Origin: Amoebidium appalachense
Taxonomy: Eukaryota; Protista; Ichthyosporea
NCBI GenBank assembly: GCA_963693365.1
Contig: CAVNZM010000003.1
Coordinates: 8,411,076 to 8,475,075, forward strand
Direction of reading: 5' to 3'
Length of the DNA: 64,000 nt
Shown: positions 26,827-40,434 of the stretch, piece by piece
Position numbering within the stretch: the first letter of the stretch is position 1
Layout of the letters: every line of letters starts with the position of its first letter
Made by a program: the position numbers and the translations under genes
The notes under the pieces: model-generated
The model's database searches: none
Seen by the model: the letters and a program-made list of their open reading frames with translations, nothing else
Told to the model about the DNA's origin: nothing

Positions 26827-28216
26827 ATGTTCCAGCAGGCAAGGAGATTTTTGAGCCAACCGGCTCTACGCCAAGTGGGCCAGTCAATTTTGACTGCACG
26901 AGGGGCCTTTGCCACCACACTGAGCCAACAGTCAAGGCCTCTACTCACACAAGTAACTAGCCAGCCCCTCGCTCCCCCTCTTGACTCCCTTGACCCCTCT
27001 AACACCTTTTCACCCGTACCCACCCCGCTCTCTTCTGCTGTTTTTCTACGATAACTCTAGTGTCGTTTTTTTCTCATACACCATCTTTTTGCCTGGTTGC
27101 CGCACATGCATCCCCATATGATTAAGCTGGGTGAGAGTGCGAATAGGATGGCTACCGCACTTACTTGGTTGCGCGGCCATACACGCACACGCACGTGATG
27201 TTTAAAGCTATAAGCGCCATGTAAGTTCACACACACATCCACTAGGCACCCAGAACACATAGTCGTAGGGGTTGTTACACTGGACTGTTCTGTTTTCTCT
27301 ACGAGTGTATGTACCAAGAAAGAAGACACTTGTATGCCTTAGACCTTTAGAAAGCACGAGCCGCACAGCTACATGCGGGCGGAAGCAGGCATGGGTGCAA
27401 TTACACTGGTTCTTTCGACACCTTACGCCTGTGTGCAAGTGTGCGCACAACACAATTTAGTACACTTGCTATGACCCACCCAACATGTGTTAAATGCGCA
27501 CACACATACACACCTGGCCGCTCAACACCTTTTGTGGCCCACATATTGTAAAGCTGAAGAGCTTCGAGACTTCGTTCTGTGCATCCTATTATCGTACTTA
27601 TGCCCCTTCTAACACCCCCCTCCCCCCCCCCCCGGCCTGTTCCCCCTGTGGTGTTTTCTATTTCGACTCCGATGCCAGCCCCCCCCCCCTCCCCCTTCCT
27701 TCTTCGCCCCTGGGTTCTGTCGGCCCACATTCCTCCTCCGTCTCCCACTCTTCTCCCCGCAGCCAAATTCTCCCTTCATTTATTCAACCTACATTTGTTT
27801 TCTTCATCCGCAGAGACATCGCTCTGTTACAACAGTTGTCGTGTGTTGACATGCCGTATTTTTAGAAACGTACCTGCTAGTAATGCACTAACCCTTCCTG
27901 CACAGATTTTTTTCCCGATGGACACACACCACAGTCCCGCAATCATCTAGCCCATTTGCAGGTAACCCCCCTACCCCCCCCCCCCCCCCCCCCCTTTTTT
28001 TTATTTTTACCCCAGATCAACAGCATCCATCCCACACCTATTCTACCCCACATGCATCCCACTACCCCTCCCCCCCCCCCCCCCCCCCCCCCCTATTCCC
28101 GTGTTGCTGTTCAAAGGGTATTCCCGTTTGTTTACGCGGAAAACACATGAATCCCCCCTGTCTATCTCTCTCCCTCCGCTATTCCCGTTATGTGTGCCTG
28201 GCGGAGTGTCTGTGCG

Positions 28217-28302
<86 letters not shown>

Positions 28303-28544
28303 GCAAAAGGAAAACACAAGTGCAGACTGAAGATCTCCGGGGATACTTTCATGGGTAAAGAAACGGAGTCAATGCGAGATAAACGTGAATGTAGGACAGT
28401 GTAGCGACAATCATAAGTGTCATCGTCCCCGCCCCCCTCCCCCCTCCCCCCCCCCCCCCCCCCAAACACACACACACACACACACACACTTCTGCCGCCA
28501 CCACCACGACCACCGACCTCTACACACACCCACACACATGCGTG

Positions 28545-28643
<99 letters not shown>

Positions 28644-28961
28644 CGCACAGACATGCACACGGCTCCTTCTCCCTTGCCAGCCCACCCGTTCCCCCTCACG
28701 AGTCTCTACCCAACCAAAAAAAACACACACAGATGCACACATGTGACCACAAGCCCTGCATGCAAAATCGACCCTACGCTCTGCAATTGCATGGGCTAGC
28801 GTGGACTATGAATGGCACATGGATTATTTTGTAACTCGATACTGACCAATATGAATGCCCCCAATAGAGCCAGACAGGCAGGCGTGGGTGACCCAACTGG
28901 ACGGCACCAAAATCGGCATGACCAGTCTTAGCTCATACGTATTTGCTGCAGGTACGTAGTA

Positions 28962-28997
<36 letters not shown>

Positions 28998-29331
28998 TTT
29001 CCCTTCCCCATTATTCTAAACCCCGAGTGTATGCATCAAAACGGGGGGGGGGGGGGGGGGGGGGGTTACGTACACACTGCTTTTTGCTCTCATGTCTGTG
29101 TTGTGATTCTCGTGTCGAGTCATTATACCTATGATGCCCCCCCCCCCCCCCCCTCCCCCCCTCCCTCCCTCCCCCCCCAAACCCCCCAAACCCCTCCCCC
29201 CACCCCCTTCCCCCCCACCCCCTCCTCCTCCACCCCTTTTTTTTTCTTCGTGTTTATGGATGTTCTTGGCCGCTGCATGCGTTTGTGTTCAAGTGTATGT
29301 TCTTATTAGGGCTTAGGGAAGGATTTCGGGA

Positions 29332-29412
<81 letters not shown>

Positions 29413-29788
29413 CCGTACAGGGAATAAGACGAGGTATTTGCAAGAACAGTCAATGTCGCATACACCCCACGCAGGCCAACATGCATACACAAGTGGTTGC
29501 GATATTGTGAAGATTAGCCGAGGCATTCACCCAACCCTCCCACACTTGCAATAACACACACACTGGGCCGACTACACGTGCCAGCAAACACACATGCAAA
29601 CACGTACACATACACATGTACACACAGGTACATACGTTGACACACACGTACACTCTCGGAAATGTGGGGTGGGAAGGAGGGTGTGGGGGAAAACACGGCA
29701 AAGGGGGGGGGGGGGGGGGGGGGGGAGGATGTAGAGAAGCCTTGCATTTTTCATGGTTTGTTTGCCTGGTTTCTCACATCCCCCCATC

Positions 29789-29820
<32 letters not shown>

Positions 29821-30642
29821 ACCCCCTCTCTCCCCCCTTCTCCGATGAATTGGTTGAATCTTGGGCACTGTGGGCTACTTGGGTCCTCCCGTGGGGATGG
29901 GCTCCACATTACGTTGTATTTTGCCATAACCCTCGTTACGTTTTATGATACACATTATGTGTTTGGTAATGTCCGATCCTTCCTGCCACACATCTACCAT
30001 AATCAGATTCCCGTTGGCATGTTGTCTGCTTCATTCTAACCCCCCCCCTCCCCCCCCCCCCCCCCCCATCCGCTCCCGGAACTCCCCCATCCCATCCTCT
30101 CCCCCCTCCTCTCTCTCCCCCCCTTCCCCCTCCTTTCGTTGTCTCCCTCCGCCTCCCCCCCCCCCCCCCTCCCCTTCCCCCCTGGACGGCTACAGCACCA
30201 CGGACGGACATACTGCACAGAGTAGTTGTGTGGCAGTTGGCAAAGAGGAGGGCGGGCCTGGCAAGCACAAAGGGGAGAAAGTGCGTATTCTTCCCCCCCC
30301 CCCCCCCCTAGAAGCCCCGTCTCCTGAGTTCCTATCTATATTTTTCTTGCTTCTGCTTACTGCTGCAACTTTAACCCCCGGCCTTTCCCACTGCCCTTGC
30401 CTGCATAAGCAACCCTGCTCGTCTCTGATCAAGACGGGTGACCTACTCATGTTCAAGTGAAACAGTATCTGAGTTGGGTTTCGTTAACGAGGGGAATAGG
30501 TCGAAACTCGGGTACTGTGGATGACGTGGGCCCCCCCTGAGGATGGGCTCTGCTTATTATGCATCCTCTTTATGTATGGCTTGCATTCTGCATCGTGTTA
30601 TCCGTTTGTTCTTGTGTACTTCGTACTTTTTGACGCATTCAA

Positions 30643-30678
<36 letters not shown>

Positions 30679-31828
30679 CCCTTTTCGATAGCAACTTTCT
30701 TTCCCACTTTCTCTGATCGCTTATTTCACCCCCCCCCCCCCCCCCCCCCCCCCCCCGGCCCTTTTCGATAGCAACTTTCTTTCCCACTTTCTCTGATCGC
30801 TTATTTCCCCCCCCCACCCCCCCCTCCTCCCCCCCCCCCCCCCCCCCCCCCGCCCCGCCATCTGCCATAAACCTGCACCTAAGCTGCAACCCCCTCCCCC
30901 CCCCCCCCCCCCCCCCCCTTCCCCCCTCACTCTGACCCACGCTTGCATTTCCCTAATTCTCATGTTTTGCAGCATTGGTAGTATGTGTTATGCATTTGCC
31001 CTGGTCAGATGGACGAAAGCACCCCACAAAAGACACAAACATTGCCCGTATTTCGTGCAGACGCACACACACCTTTTTTTTTTTTTTGAAGGACTGGCAC
31101 GAGCTTATGTGGCAAAACTTACCGGAAAATTTCTATGTTAGGTACGTAAGAAGCATATGGGAATGTTGGAAATACTTTCTAAGTTATGCTGACTACCCAC
31201 CTATTCATTTACGTATGTGAGATGTATCATTATCATTCTGGCCATTCACCAATACGGGAATGAATGGACAGCACCCAGTATAACTAGACATACCACCGCC
31301 TTGGCAGGTAACTTAGGGGTGACCATCATAAATAAGTCGGACGTTGTGGAGTTAGCACCCCCGTTTTACACCAAATTCCTCTCGATTTTGCCTACGGAAA
31401 CCTCAACTGACGCTATCTATGCGATTTACCCGCACGCAGGGAAGTCAGTGGCGGTGGTAAAAAGATTTTCCCTCAAAAAGGAAGGGGCAGTGCGCGGCAT
31501 GCGTCTATCCGTGCACCGCAATTTAGGAAAGGTGGGTGGTGCTGCTTTTTGGTTGGTTGTTGGGTGGGGGGGGAAGAGGGGGGGGGGGGGGGGGGGGGGG
31601 ATGATGGGAAGCTGAAATAGCAGTAGGGATGGGGGAAACGGGGATTTGGGGGGATTTGGGGGGAGGGGGGGGGGGGGGGGGGGGAGAGGGGGGAAGCGAA
31701 AGAGTAAGGGGAGGGGGAGGGGAGGGGAAGGAAGTACGGGATGAGAAATCGAGGTGGAGGGCAAGTGAAGTAGCAGTCGTGGCGGAGATGTGTGTGGGGT
31801 GGGGAATTGTGTTAGGATAGAACGGGGT

Positions 31829-31889
<61 letters not shown>

Positions 31890-32187
31890 CGCGTGAGACA
31901 CCGGGGAGGGGGGGAGAGGTGTGTGCATGTCTGTGTGGGGGGGGGGGGGGGGAGGGGGGAGGGGGGTGGGGAGGTCTATGATCTTGCCGCCAAGAAAGGG
32001 TGAATACATCTTTCTTGACACTGTTCCCTCTTCGCTCATGGGCACGTGTGCATGTGCAGTCCTAGCTTGCTGTCTGCACCCACCGCCCACCCTCTCAATC
32101 ACACACACACACTCAACACACATGCACGCGTTCGTCAATCGCTTCCCTAATCTCTTCCAATTCTGCTGGTTCTTTCCAAATGCCCAA

Positions 32188-32224
<37 letters not shown>

Positions 32225-32731
32225 CCCCCCTCCTCTCCCCCCAACAACAAAACACACACACATGGGATTTTTCCCAGCTTCCCCAATCAATACTGGCATC
32301 TCCGCTCTACTATGTCTTATCACAATAAACATCATCACACGCCTGATTGGTTTTGGCATAGTTCTTTCTCTATTGGATGTGTTTATGCCGAGTCGCACTT
32401 AACATAACATTACCTTAGCTCTACGATCCCAACACCACAACACCAACATAGATTTCCTGCACCGCGTAAATCTTACCCAATCTCTTTAGGTGGTATTGCA
32501 CACGGGCCCAAACCACGCGACTACGGCTACGCTCTGCCCAAGGCCATCCGGCGTTACGGACTACGCATTGCACTGTCGATCAAGTTTGCACAGGGTGATC
32601 TGACTATTGTCGATAGACTGGTGGCAGACACACACAAGACTGGCAAGTTTGATGAGTTGATCAGAAAGGTATGATTACTTATGTAGGTTTTGGCTGTTCA
32701 CATCGCTTCTGGCTTCCCCCCTCCCCCCTCT

Positions 32732-32767
<36 letters not shown>

Positions 32768-33037
32768 CCACCACCACCACCACCACACACACACACAAGC
32801 ACACACAACACACACACACACCCGCCCCTCCCACCTCTCCCCCTTTCTCGGGTCGGCTGTTGAGCGTGTCTTCTATATTAGGCCTATGCTTGTGGTGTGT
32901 TTTCCTGCTGCGTGTCTAGGCAAACGGGTGTGGGAAAGATTCGTGACGTAATGGTGCGCATGCTTTGGTGCGCATGAGGAGGGTGTGTACAGAGAGAGCC
33001 CAGAGAGAGGGTGAGAGCATACTGATTCACTTCATCT

Positions 33038-33097
<60 letters not shown>

Positions 33098-33702
33098 CCC
33101 CCGGCTGTGATTGTGCACTGCTCCAAACCTGCTGGTTTGTTTTTCTGTTCGTCCACCCAATTCATTTTTATATTTGGGCTAAGACTTCACTAGAACTTTG
33201 AGGGGAGGTCTTTTTGAGCCTTCTTCTTGAGTCAAAACCACTATCTTACCTTAGTTTTTGTTGGATGTAGCGGGGGGCCAGCAACAGCAAGACGGTGCTC
33301 CTTGTTGGTGGGGAGGAGCTGCCAGAGAATGTGCTGAAGGCATCCCTCAATATTCCTTACTGCCAGGCTATGTCCGTCCGCGGTGGGTGTTCCAGTATTA
33401 ACACGGGCCCATGTGCATGCACGTGCGTTACAAAAATGTGTGTGTGTAGGCGTGGGAAGCAGGCATACACATACAGGCAAACGTGCAAAGGCAGGTGTAT
33501 GCACAGATGTATCCACTTGTCGCTTGTCAGGTCGACATTTTAAACTTTGTCCAAGTTTGGTGGCGATTGATTGTTCACAGCCAGAGATTTTGAGTTTGTT
33601 GTGGTGGCGGCAACATGTTGGTGTCTGTGGGAATCTTTCTGATAATAAATATGGGTTGCGCTTGGTGGGTGGTCGAGCGGCAGGGATGGTGGTGGTTGTG
33701 GT

Positions 33703-33789
<87 letters not shown>

Positions 33790-34149
33790 TGTGTGTGGAG
33801 GGGGGGGGGGGGGGGGGGGGAGGGGGGGGGGGGGGTGGTCTGTGTGTGTGGGTGTGGGTGTGAGTGGGTGGGTCGGGGTGGGGTAGGTGTGGTTGCGGGT
33901 GTGGGAGAGGTGAGGGGGAGAGGAGGAAGGGGGGGGGGGGGGGGGGGGGGAGGATTTGGAAATAGTATGGTGGTGGTGGTGGTGGTGTGTATGGGTGATG
34001 TTTTGGTGGAGGGAGGGAGGAGAGTGAGAACTAACACGATGTCTGTTTCAGGACTCAACACATACGACATGCTCACGTACAAGAAGGTGGTGTTGAGCCT
34101 CGATGCCGTGCGCTATCTGGAGGAGGTACTGTTTGCAGACCGCAAATAG
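26827..34149 (+). CDS. MRPL4: Mitochondrial ribosomal protein uL4m, multi-exon
   Basis: Exon 26827-26952 encodes an Arg-rich presequence-like N-terminus. Later exons: 28868-28951 (RQAWVTQLD), 30196-30280 ([27 protein letters not shown]), 31440-31531 ([31 protein letters not shown]), 32490-32668 ([11 protein letters not shown]), 33271-33382, 34052-34149 (GLNTYDML...DAVRYLEE*). Small exons near 27.8-27.96 kb are uncertain. Confidence 0.93.
30678..30808 (+). repeat. ~50-bp direct duplication inside an MRPL4 intron
   Basis: GCCCTTTTCGATAGCAACTTTCTTTCCCACTTTCTCTGATCGCTTATTTC occurs twice, separated by a C-run. Confidence 0.85.
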
Positions 34150-34873
34150 AACGGGGTAAATGGGGCGGCAGGTTGGAATAAGGGATTGGTTGGGAGGGGT
34201 GGGGAAACGAGGTCAATTGGAGTGTGAGGATGCTTACTTGTATTTTTCGTTGAGCAGGACTGCTGGTTGTGGTTACTGGTTGCTTGTAATAGAATAGAGG
34301 TTACTGATTCTGGTGCTGTAAAACATTTTTATTTTCGTTCATTGGGTTTTCTAACGGTTTCTGTTTTTGGTTTCCCGCCTCCACTTTGAACGAATTATGT
34401 AGCGGGATCTGATGGGAATGCAAGTCTCTTGTATATTGTGGGCACGCTTTACCCAAAGGGATACTGTGTGCACATGTGGACAGGCAGGTTAGCCTGGGCA
34501 CTTAGAAGTGGATGGTAGTTGGTGCAGGGTTTAGACTACATCTGCGCAGTTCTTTTTTACTTCGAAAAGCGGATATACACATACACACACGACACACAAT
34601 TAATGCTCTTAGAACCCGGTCCGGCACATGCTCACTTTTGAATCACACACACACCTTGGCACACACACACACACTTACATACACAAACACTAATAAACAC
34701 GTGCGCTGGCACAAATTGTGACGGTCACATGCACCAAATGCCCTTGATCAGTTGACAATTTGTTATGTGCCTCGTGCTGGCACTGGCCTTCAAGGGTGAC
34801 CCAACCTTCTGCCCTGTGGGCAGATGTTACGAAGCACCACTGGTGATTAAAATCCATAATGATGAAAAGTCGT

Positions 34874-34911
<38 letters not shown>

Positions 34912-35221
34912 ACCTTCTCCCCCCCGGGCCCCGCGTCAGTAGACGGGGTTTCGCATGCGAGGTAAAGGGGACGAAACTACTACTACTGTGTACATGTTTG
35001 ACTCCCCCACCCGCCCCCGTCCTTATGGTGTGCTCACTTTTGTTTTGTGTGCTTTTCTGCGAAATCTGCTCGTGTTGCAACGTCGTGCTCCCCACCCCCA
35101 GCCTGTAACCGACATGACACTTTACAGCCCTCTCGCCCCGTATTATATATATCGCCTGGCCGCGAACATATATATATTTGACTTACATTTATTCGCACTT
35201 TTGTCTTCCCGGCATGTGAAT

Positions 35222-35842
35222 ATGGTTTACCCCTTCTCGCCGCTTGGATCAAGAAAGAGAGAACTAGAGCGCAAATTGGCAAATTTCCTTGAAGCAGAAG
35301 TTGCCTCCTTTCTATCTAACAACTGTTGTAAAAAATATAACAAATGGAAAAAGATACCACACGACACTAGACCCGATGAAAGCATACACCTTGAAAAACT
35401 AAGCCTTATGTCTCGTTTTATATATACTGACCGCCTCAACCATATTGCCAAATATGGCACTCGCAAATGTATAACACCTAAATACATAGTACCTTCCTGT
35501 AGAACTGGTCTTTCTCTAGCTGATGGTATTATTGATCAATTACCACGCTTTTACTACGGTACACGTGCTATACAGTGGAGATCTAATAAGTATAAGGTGG
35601 CATCATTTGCATGCCCAAACAACACACACACACACCAGTTCAACCGGTCATGTATCGCCAAATGTAGTTTGATAGACCACATAATACCGCAACACACACA
35701 CGTCACATTCACAACAGACACCCAGAACGATAGCCTACCTGTAAATTACAACATCCTTGATTTTATACTAAACACGCGTAACTACGACCTGTTTATTAGA
35801 TGTATTGATTGGCTTGAGAAACACATCACTACAAAATTATAG
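35222..35842 (+). pseudogene. AT-rich intronless ORF, probably the 3' remnant of a non-LTR retrotransposon ORF2
   Basis: About 200 open codons of atypical composition ending W-R...CP...H..FNRSCIAKC...YNILDFILN, reminiscent of the Cys/His C-terminal region that follows RT in fungal-type LINEs. No RT core (YADD) is present. Confidence 0.35.
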
Positions 35843-35846
35843 CGCA

Positions 35847-35883
<37 letters not shown>

Positions 35884-35914
35884 CCAGCTGATACCGAGTG
35901 TCCCAGGGGAGCCC

Positions 35915-35950
<36 letters not shown>

Positions 35951-36656
35951 GGGGAACCCCAACTAATTGATTTCTCCTTGTAGTCTTTATGGTGTCTCGT
36001 AGAGAAAGTAAACCCTGATATATAGTCACCACCCGACATCTATGTACGTGTTCATGATATACCGCTGAGGGGATATTCCGAGCAAAACCCCCCCCCATAC
36101 CTGAGACTGGTTTCTCTTTGCCTCGAGTAAACAGCGTAAACCCCATATATATTTCATTCCCCAACCACGGTGCTTCGATCCCGGGGAATTTGCAACTGGT
36201 CAGTTCGAAACTGCAACACAGACGGTTCAAGGCCTTTATTTGCAAGGTATCAAAGCCATGTCAACAGACACGCCGGGCCCTTTATCGTATATGTTCATTC
36301 AAGCAGAATTAATCATAGCTTTGGACAGGCCTTGGTTAGCCCTGCACAACAATTACTTACAAATCTAATGCGCAAGACATACGCTACTTTGAACGTCTTG
36401 CGCATCAGTGAATCAGCAGTATGTTCTAAAAATAGCTGGCAGAGTGGGTGAGCACAACTTCTATTCCTACATCCCCCATCACGAGCCAGCAAGTCTTGAC
36501 TTATATACAACATTAAAGGTAGTGAACACGTACGATTATAATCGAGAATCATCAAAGAAATCAGACAGCATCGAACACATGCATTCGGGTTTTGTCATTC
36601 GCGCACAAGACAAGTTAAGAATCAGGTTTTTCGAACCAGTTAAAGCATCTCTCCAG

Positions 36657-37945
36657 TTACACACAAGCAACCCAACAAACAGCCCTCACACCCTGCTGTA
36701 CACAAGGACTTGGCCGCCTGCAAGCTGACTGGGCCCCGCCTGCCGAGTGTCGGTTATTTAGAGTGGTGGCAGGAGGGGCATCATCTCTCCCCCGAGTATC
36801 CATGTTACCAGCATGCAAGTGTATCGAATCCGAAGTTGACAGTGTCTCCGACATGGTTTTCAACACACCAAGCACCGTGTTCGAAATGCACGTAAAAATA
36901 CTGATGGCAGCCTCTACAGAAGCCGCTGTAATTTCACTTTCCTCTTTACGAATGTTATGTTCTGCTTCGTATACCTCGTGTTCCTCCCACGGTCCATCTC
37001 CTTGCCGGGAAGAAAAGCTTACACGAGCAGAGGACTGAATGGTTATTGTAACCGAAACCTTGGCTGTACGGCTTCGTTCTGCTGCCAGCTTGAAGTCAGC
37101 AAACAAAGAGTCACTGGGCCCATTTCCGTCGCGTGCCATTTCTGCATGAAAATAGATGTTTGATTAGAATTTGATTATAATCGATCCCCTCCAGCAATAG
37201 TGCCTTTCTTTCAAACCTAAATGAAGTGCTGGAAGAAGAAACGGTTACAAATCTTCGACTTCATACCACACCCCTCCCTCCCTCCCTGACCTCCCTCCCC
37301 CCCTCCCCCAACACAAACATACCACCACCACAACTAACAAACATACACACGCACACAGAAATACACATGCACGCAAGGACACACTCACACACACAAAAGT
37401 AGAACCCTCCTCCTCCCTTCCCCCCCCCCCCCACCTTCGCCCCTTCCTCTCCTCCCCCCTCCCCCCCCATCATACCTTCCATTAATTATTATTACCAGCA
37501 ATAAAACCTAAATAGGTGAGATATCAAAAGAGAGACTTTTAACAGAAAACACACATCCTGTATTCTCATCGAACTCATAACGTGTGCTCCTGTATTATCC
37601 ATCTACCTAAAACTGCCTCAAGCGTAAGGGGTAGGGACCCCGGAAGTTTCATAACATAACAAGCACCAAACGTTGCTTTGGGTACTAACCTTGGGCAAAA
37701 GCAAAATGGCCATCCTCGTCCGTGATCTCCTCGTAAGCCTCCGTCAGTCTCACAAACTCAGGCACATCAGCATCGGATTTGTCTGGATGCAACTGCCTTA
37801 CCAAGCGGTGGTAAGCACGCCGCACTTGTCTGAGTGTGGCATCGCGCGAAACACCAAGAACATGGTATGGGTCTGTGGATTGCGCTGCAATTGTGATTGT
37901 GCTTAAACACAGAAATATAAACAGTGCTTGCATGTGGTGCAACAT
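36657..37945 (-). CDS. DnaJ (J-domain) protein with N-terminal signal peptide, probably ER-targeted; 2 exons visible
   Basis: Exon 37945-37690: MLHHMQALFIFLCLSTITIAAQS-TDPYHVLGV...AYHRLVRQLHPDK...AYEEI, with the HPD motif. Donor G|GTTAGT joins in phase to the exon starting at 37141 (EMARDGNG...). The 3' end is uncertain. Confidence 0.8.
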
Positions 37946-38342
37946 GGTGTAACTTTCAAGGTCGAACGGAGAAGTGGCATAACCGCAACCGCATCGTGTG
38001 CACAATAAGGGAGAGATTGGGATGAAGCTAGCTTAAATAGCTCAATTTGAGCGCGGCAAAAGAGTGCTGTCTGGTGGTTGTTGGGTTTAGGCTGGCACAG
38101 ACTATAGCAATGCTATTTAGCAAAACAAGATTCGTATCGTATATACTAATTAGAGCTGTAAAATAAATTGATTGAATATAAAAAAGATAAAACTATATTT
38201 GTTGAAAGCTCGATAACCCGAGATTAGAGAATTGTTTTTTTGAACTATGGCGTTCTACAGTATACGTGTAAGGCTTTCAGTGAGGGTAAGAATTGCACTA
38301 CTTCGTTCCCCATCCAATCATATTTGATTACGTTTACCTAGT

Positions 38343-38708
38343 TTGGGATATTCGGGTTGGTTGTAAGGTTTTCCGGGTCGGGCCGAAGGCCCTAACGGGC
38401 CGCAGGCCCGCCTATTGGGCCGCCAGGCCCTAGGCCGCCAGGCCTGGTGCCCCGGGGACCGGGGCGCCCGGCCCGGCCCGCGAGCCACCCCCGGCCCGGC
38501 CCGGCCCGCGGGGGGGGTTAGCAGTCACTGCTAACCCCCCCGCGGGCCGGGCCGGGCCGGGGGTGGCTCGCGGGCCGGGCCGGGCGCCCCGGTCCCCGGG
38601 GCCCCAGGCCTGGCGGCCTAGGGCCTGGCGGCCCAATAGGCGGGCCTGCGGCCCGTTAGGGCCTTCGGCCCGACCCGGAAAACCTTACAACCAACCCGAA
38701 TATCCCAA
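38343..38708. repeat. 366-bp near-perfect GC-rich palindrome with nested mini-hairpins
   Basis: Arms 38343-38525 and 38527-38708 are reverse complements around a single C (…TTAGCAGT-C-ACTGCTAA…). I found only one mismatch and a 1-nt homopolymer indel. Confidence 0.97.
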
Positions 38709-39350
38709 TATTGCTTCATTCTGATTGGTTGTCACACCGCGGGATTTCCCGATTGTTCTTCCAATGACATTTTCTATCACTATCGACAGTTCTCCAATAT
38801 TAGAACAGAAAACGGTTTATACCCAGATGGCCAGATGGCCAGATCAAATTCAGTCTGTGAGCAGGGGGGGGGGATCCACCTGAAGTCAAAACAATCTGGC
38901 CATCTGGCCATGTGGCCATAGAATAGATTAGCATGTAAGGCACTGGCTGCCACCACTGGGGGCCGTGGTTCCGGCAGGAGGGGGGGCACACGTGCAGGGG
39001 AGGCAGGGGGTCGGGGGAGGCACACGTGCACAGGAGGCTGGGGAGAGTGGGGGAACCATGGTTGTGTGATACTATCTATCCCCCATGTATGGCTGAGTTA
39101 AGACCATTTGTTCATGTAGCACGATCTTCTAGCATGCACGTGTTGGAATGCCACCACTGGGGGGCCTGGTTCCGGCAGGCAGGGGGGCAGGGGGGCCACC
39201 CAGTGTGTGGGTGTGCATGTGGCAGGGGAGCAGGGGGGCAGGGGGGCAGGGGGGCAGGGGGGCAGGGGGGCAGGGGGGCTGGGGAGACTGGCATGCCACT
39301 CACGGGGAGGATAGTGTATGTTGGCACGTGTGGGTGTGTGGGTGGTTTTT

Positions 39351-39833
39351 TTATTTGGGCTTGTGCTTATGGCAACGGGTCGTAGATTTCACCCTGTTTT
39401 TGCAGGGATTGCCAGCCTTGGTTTTGCCCTGGCAGTACCCATTTTCCCTGCCCACACCCACCGCTGCAGCTGCAACCGGTGGCTGTGGTGCACCCATGGG
39501 TGGATCCGGAGTGGACACAGTCAGCGCGGGTACCCCGGTGCGCTCGGTGCGAGGGTGCTGCATTTCTGCGACTGTAAAGGCGGCCAGGAGGTCGTCCAGC
39601 AGGAGGTTTGCATGAGCATAGTCCCCGGCCTTGTGGGGGTGGAGGATGTTGATGGTGTTGTCGCTGTAGAGGAGGACACCGGTGGCAGGGGCAAAGCATA
39701 CCCAGGGCTTGAAGCCGTCCTTGTGGTGTGGGCATGTTTTCTTTTTGTTTTTGCACTGGGCTTTTTTTGAGGGTGCAAATGCAGGGCATCGTTCGGGGTC
39801 AACCGAATCGGGGCGCAAAAGTGCGTCTCCCAT
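39351..39833 (-). CDS. 160-aa protein with two CCCH-type zinc-binding motifs (DUF5763-like)
   Basis: CPAFAPSKKAQCKNKKKTCPHH and CQGKTKAGNPCKNRVKSTTRCHKH; the latter pattern is common in large DNA viruses and fungi. Intronless. Confidence 0.7.
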   Translation of the reverse strand: MGDALLRPDSVDPERCPAFAPSKKAQCKNKKKTCPHHKDGFKPWVCFAPATGVLLYSDNTINILHPHKAGDYAHANLLLDDLLAAFTVAEMQHPRTERTGVPALTVSTPDPPMGAPQPPVAAAAVGVGRENGYCQGKTKAGNPCKNRVKSTTRCHKHKPK

Positions 39834-40137
39834 TTCTAGTGTTTTGTTTTGGTGTGCACTGTTCTTGGATTGGGGTGAAGCGAGACAAAAAGTAAAAGCG
39901 AGTACTTTTTGTTGACTGGTTGATGGCATATCAATCAATCTCTTGGTGCCAAACCACTGACCAATCCCATGGGTGTATTCACGAATTCCAATCTAAATTC
40001 GGCATCTGGAGAGAGGGGTACTGGTAAAACACAAGAGCAACACGGCATCAAGAGTTTGTACCACAGGCAAGATCTCAGAGAGGTCACTTTTGGGGTGTAA
40101 CACGTCGGATACTGAAAGTTTTGTGAGGTACACGTAC

Positions 40138-40410
40138 ATGTTCGACAGCACGGTCACCACAGGCATTCTTTATGTGATATCTATATGCAGTGTCGTTGCA
40201 AATATACACTGGTACAATTTAATGAAGTCCGAACCGAATGCTAGAGAGAAAGTGAACAAAATGTATCTGGTGTACGTCAGCGCTGCTATTGTCCTCACAT
40301 GTTTATTGGTTACACCATTGATGTATGCAGTCATATACTATTTCAATAAGAAGACGGGTGCTGCGGAGTACGACACCGCTCTGAGACAAACAAGTCACTC
40401 GGACTTTTAA
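40138..40410 (+). CDS. Small protein with two predicted transmembrane helices
   Basis: MFDSTVTTGILYVISICSVVANIHWY...MYLVYVSAAIVLTCLLVTPLMYAVIYYF; intronless, 90 aa. Confidence 0.55.
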   Translation: MFDSTVTTGILYVISICSVVANIHWYNLMKSEPNAREKVNKMYLVYVSAAIVLTCLLVTPLMYAVIYYFNKKTGAAEYDTALRQTSHSDF

Positions 40411-40434
40411 TCCGATTGACGTGTCACCGCGCCA

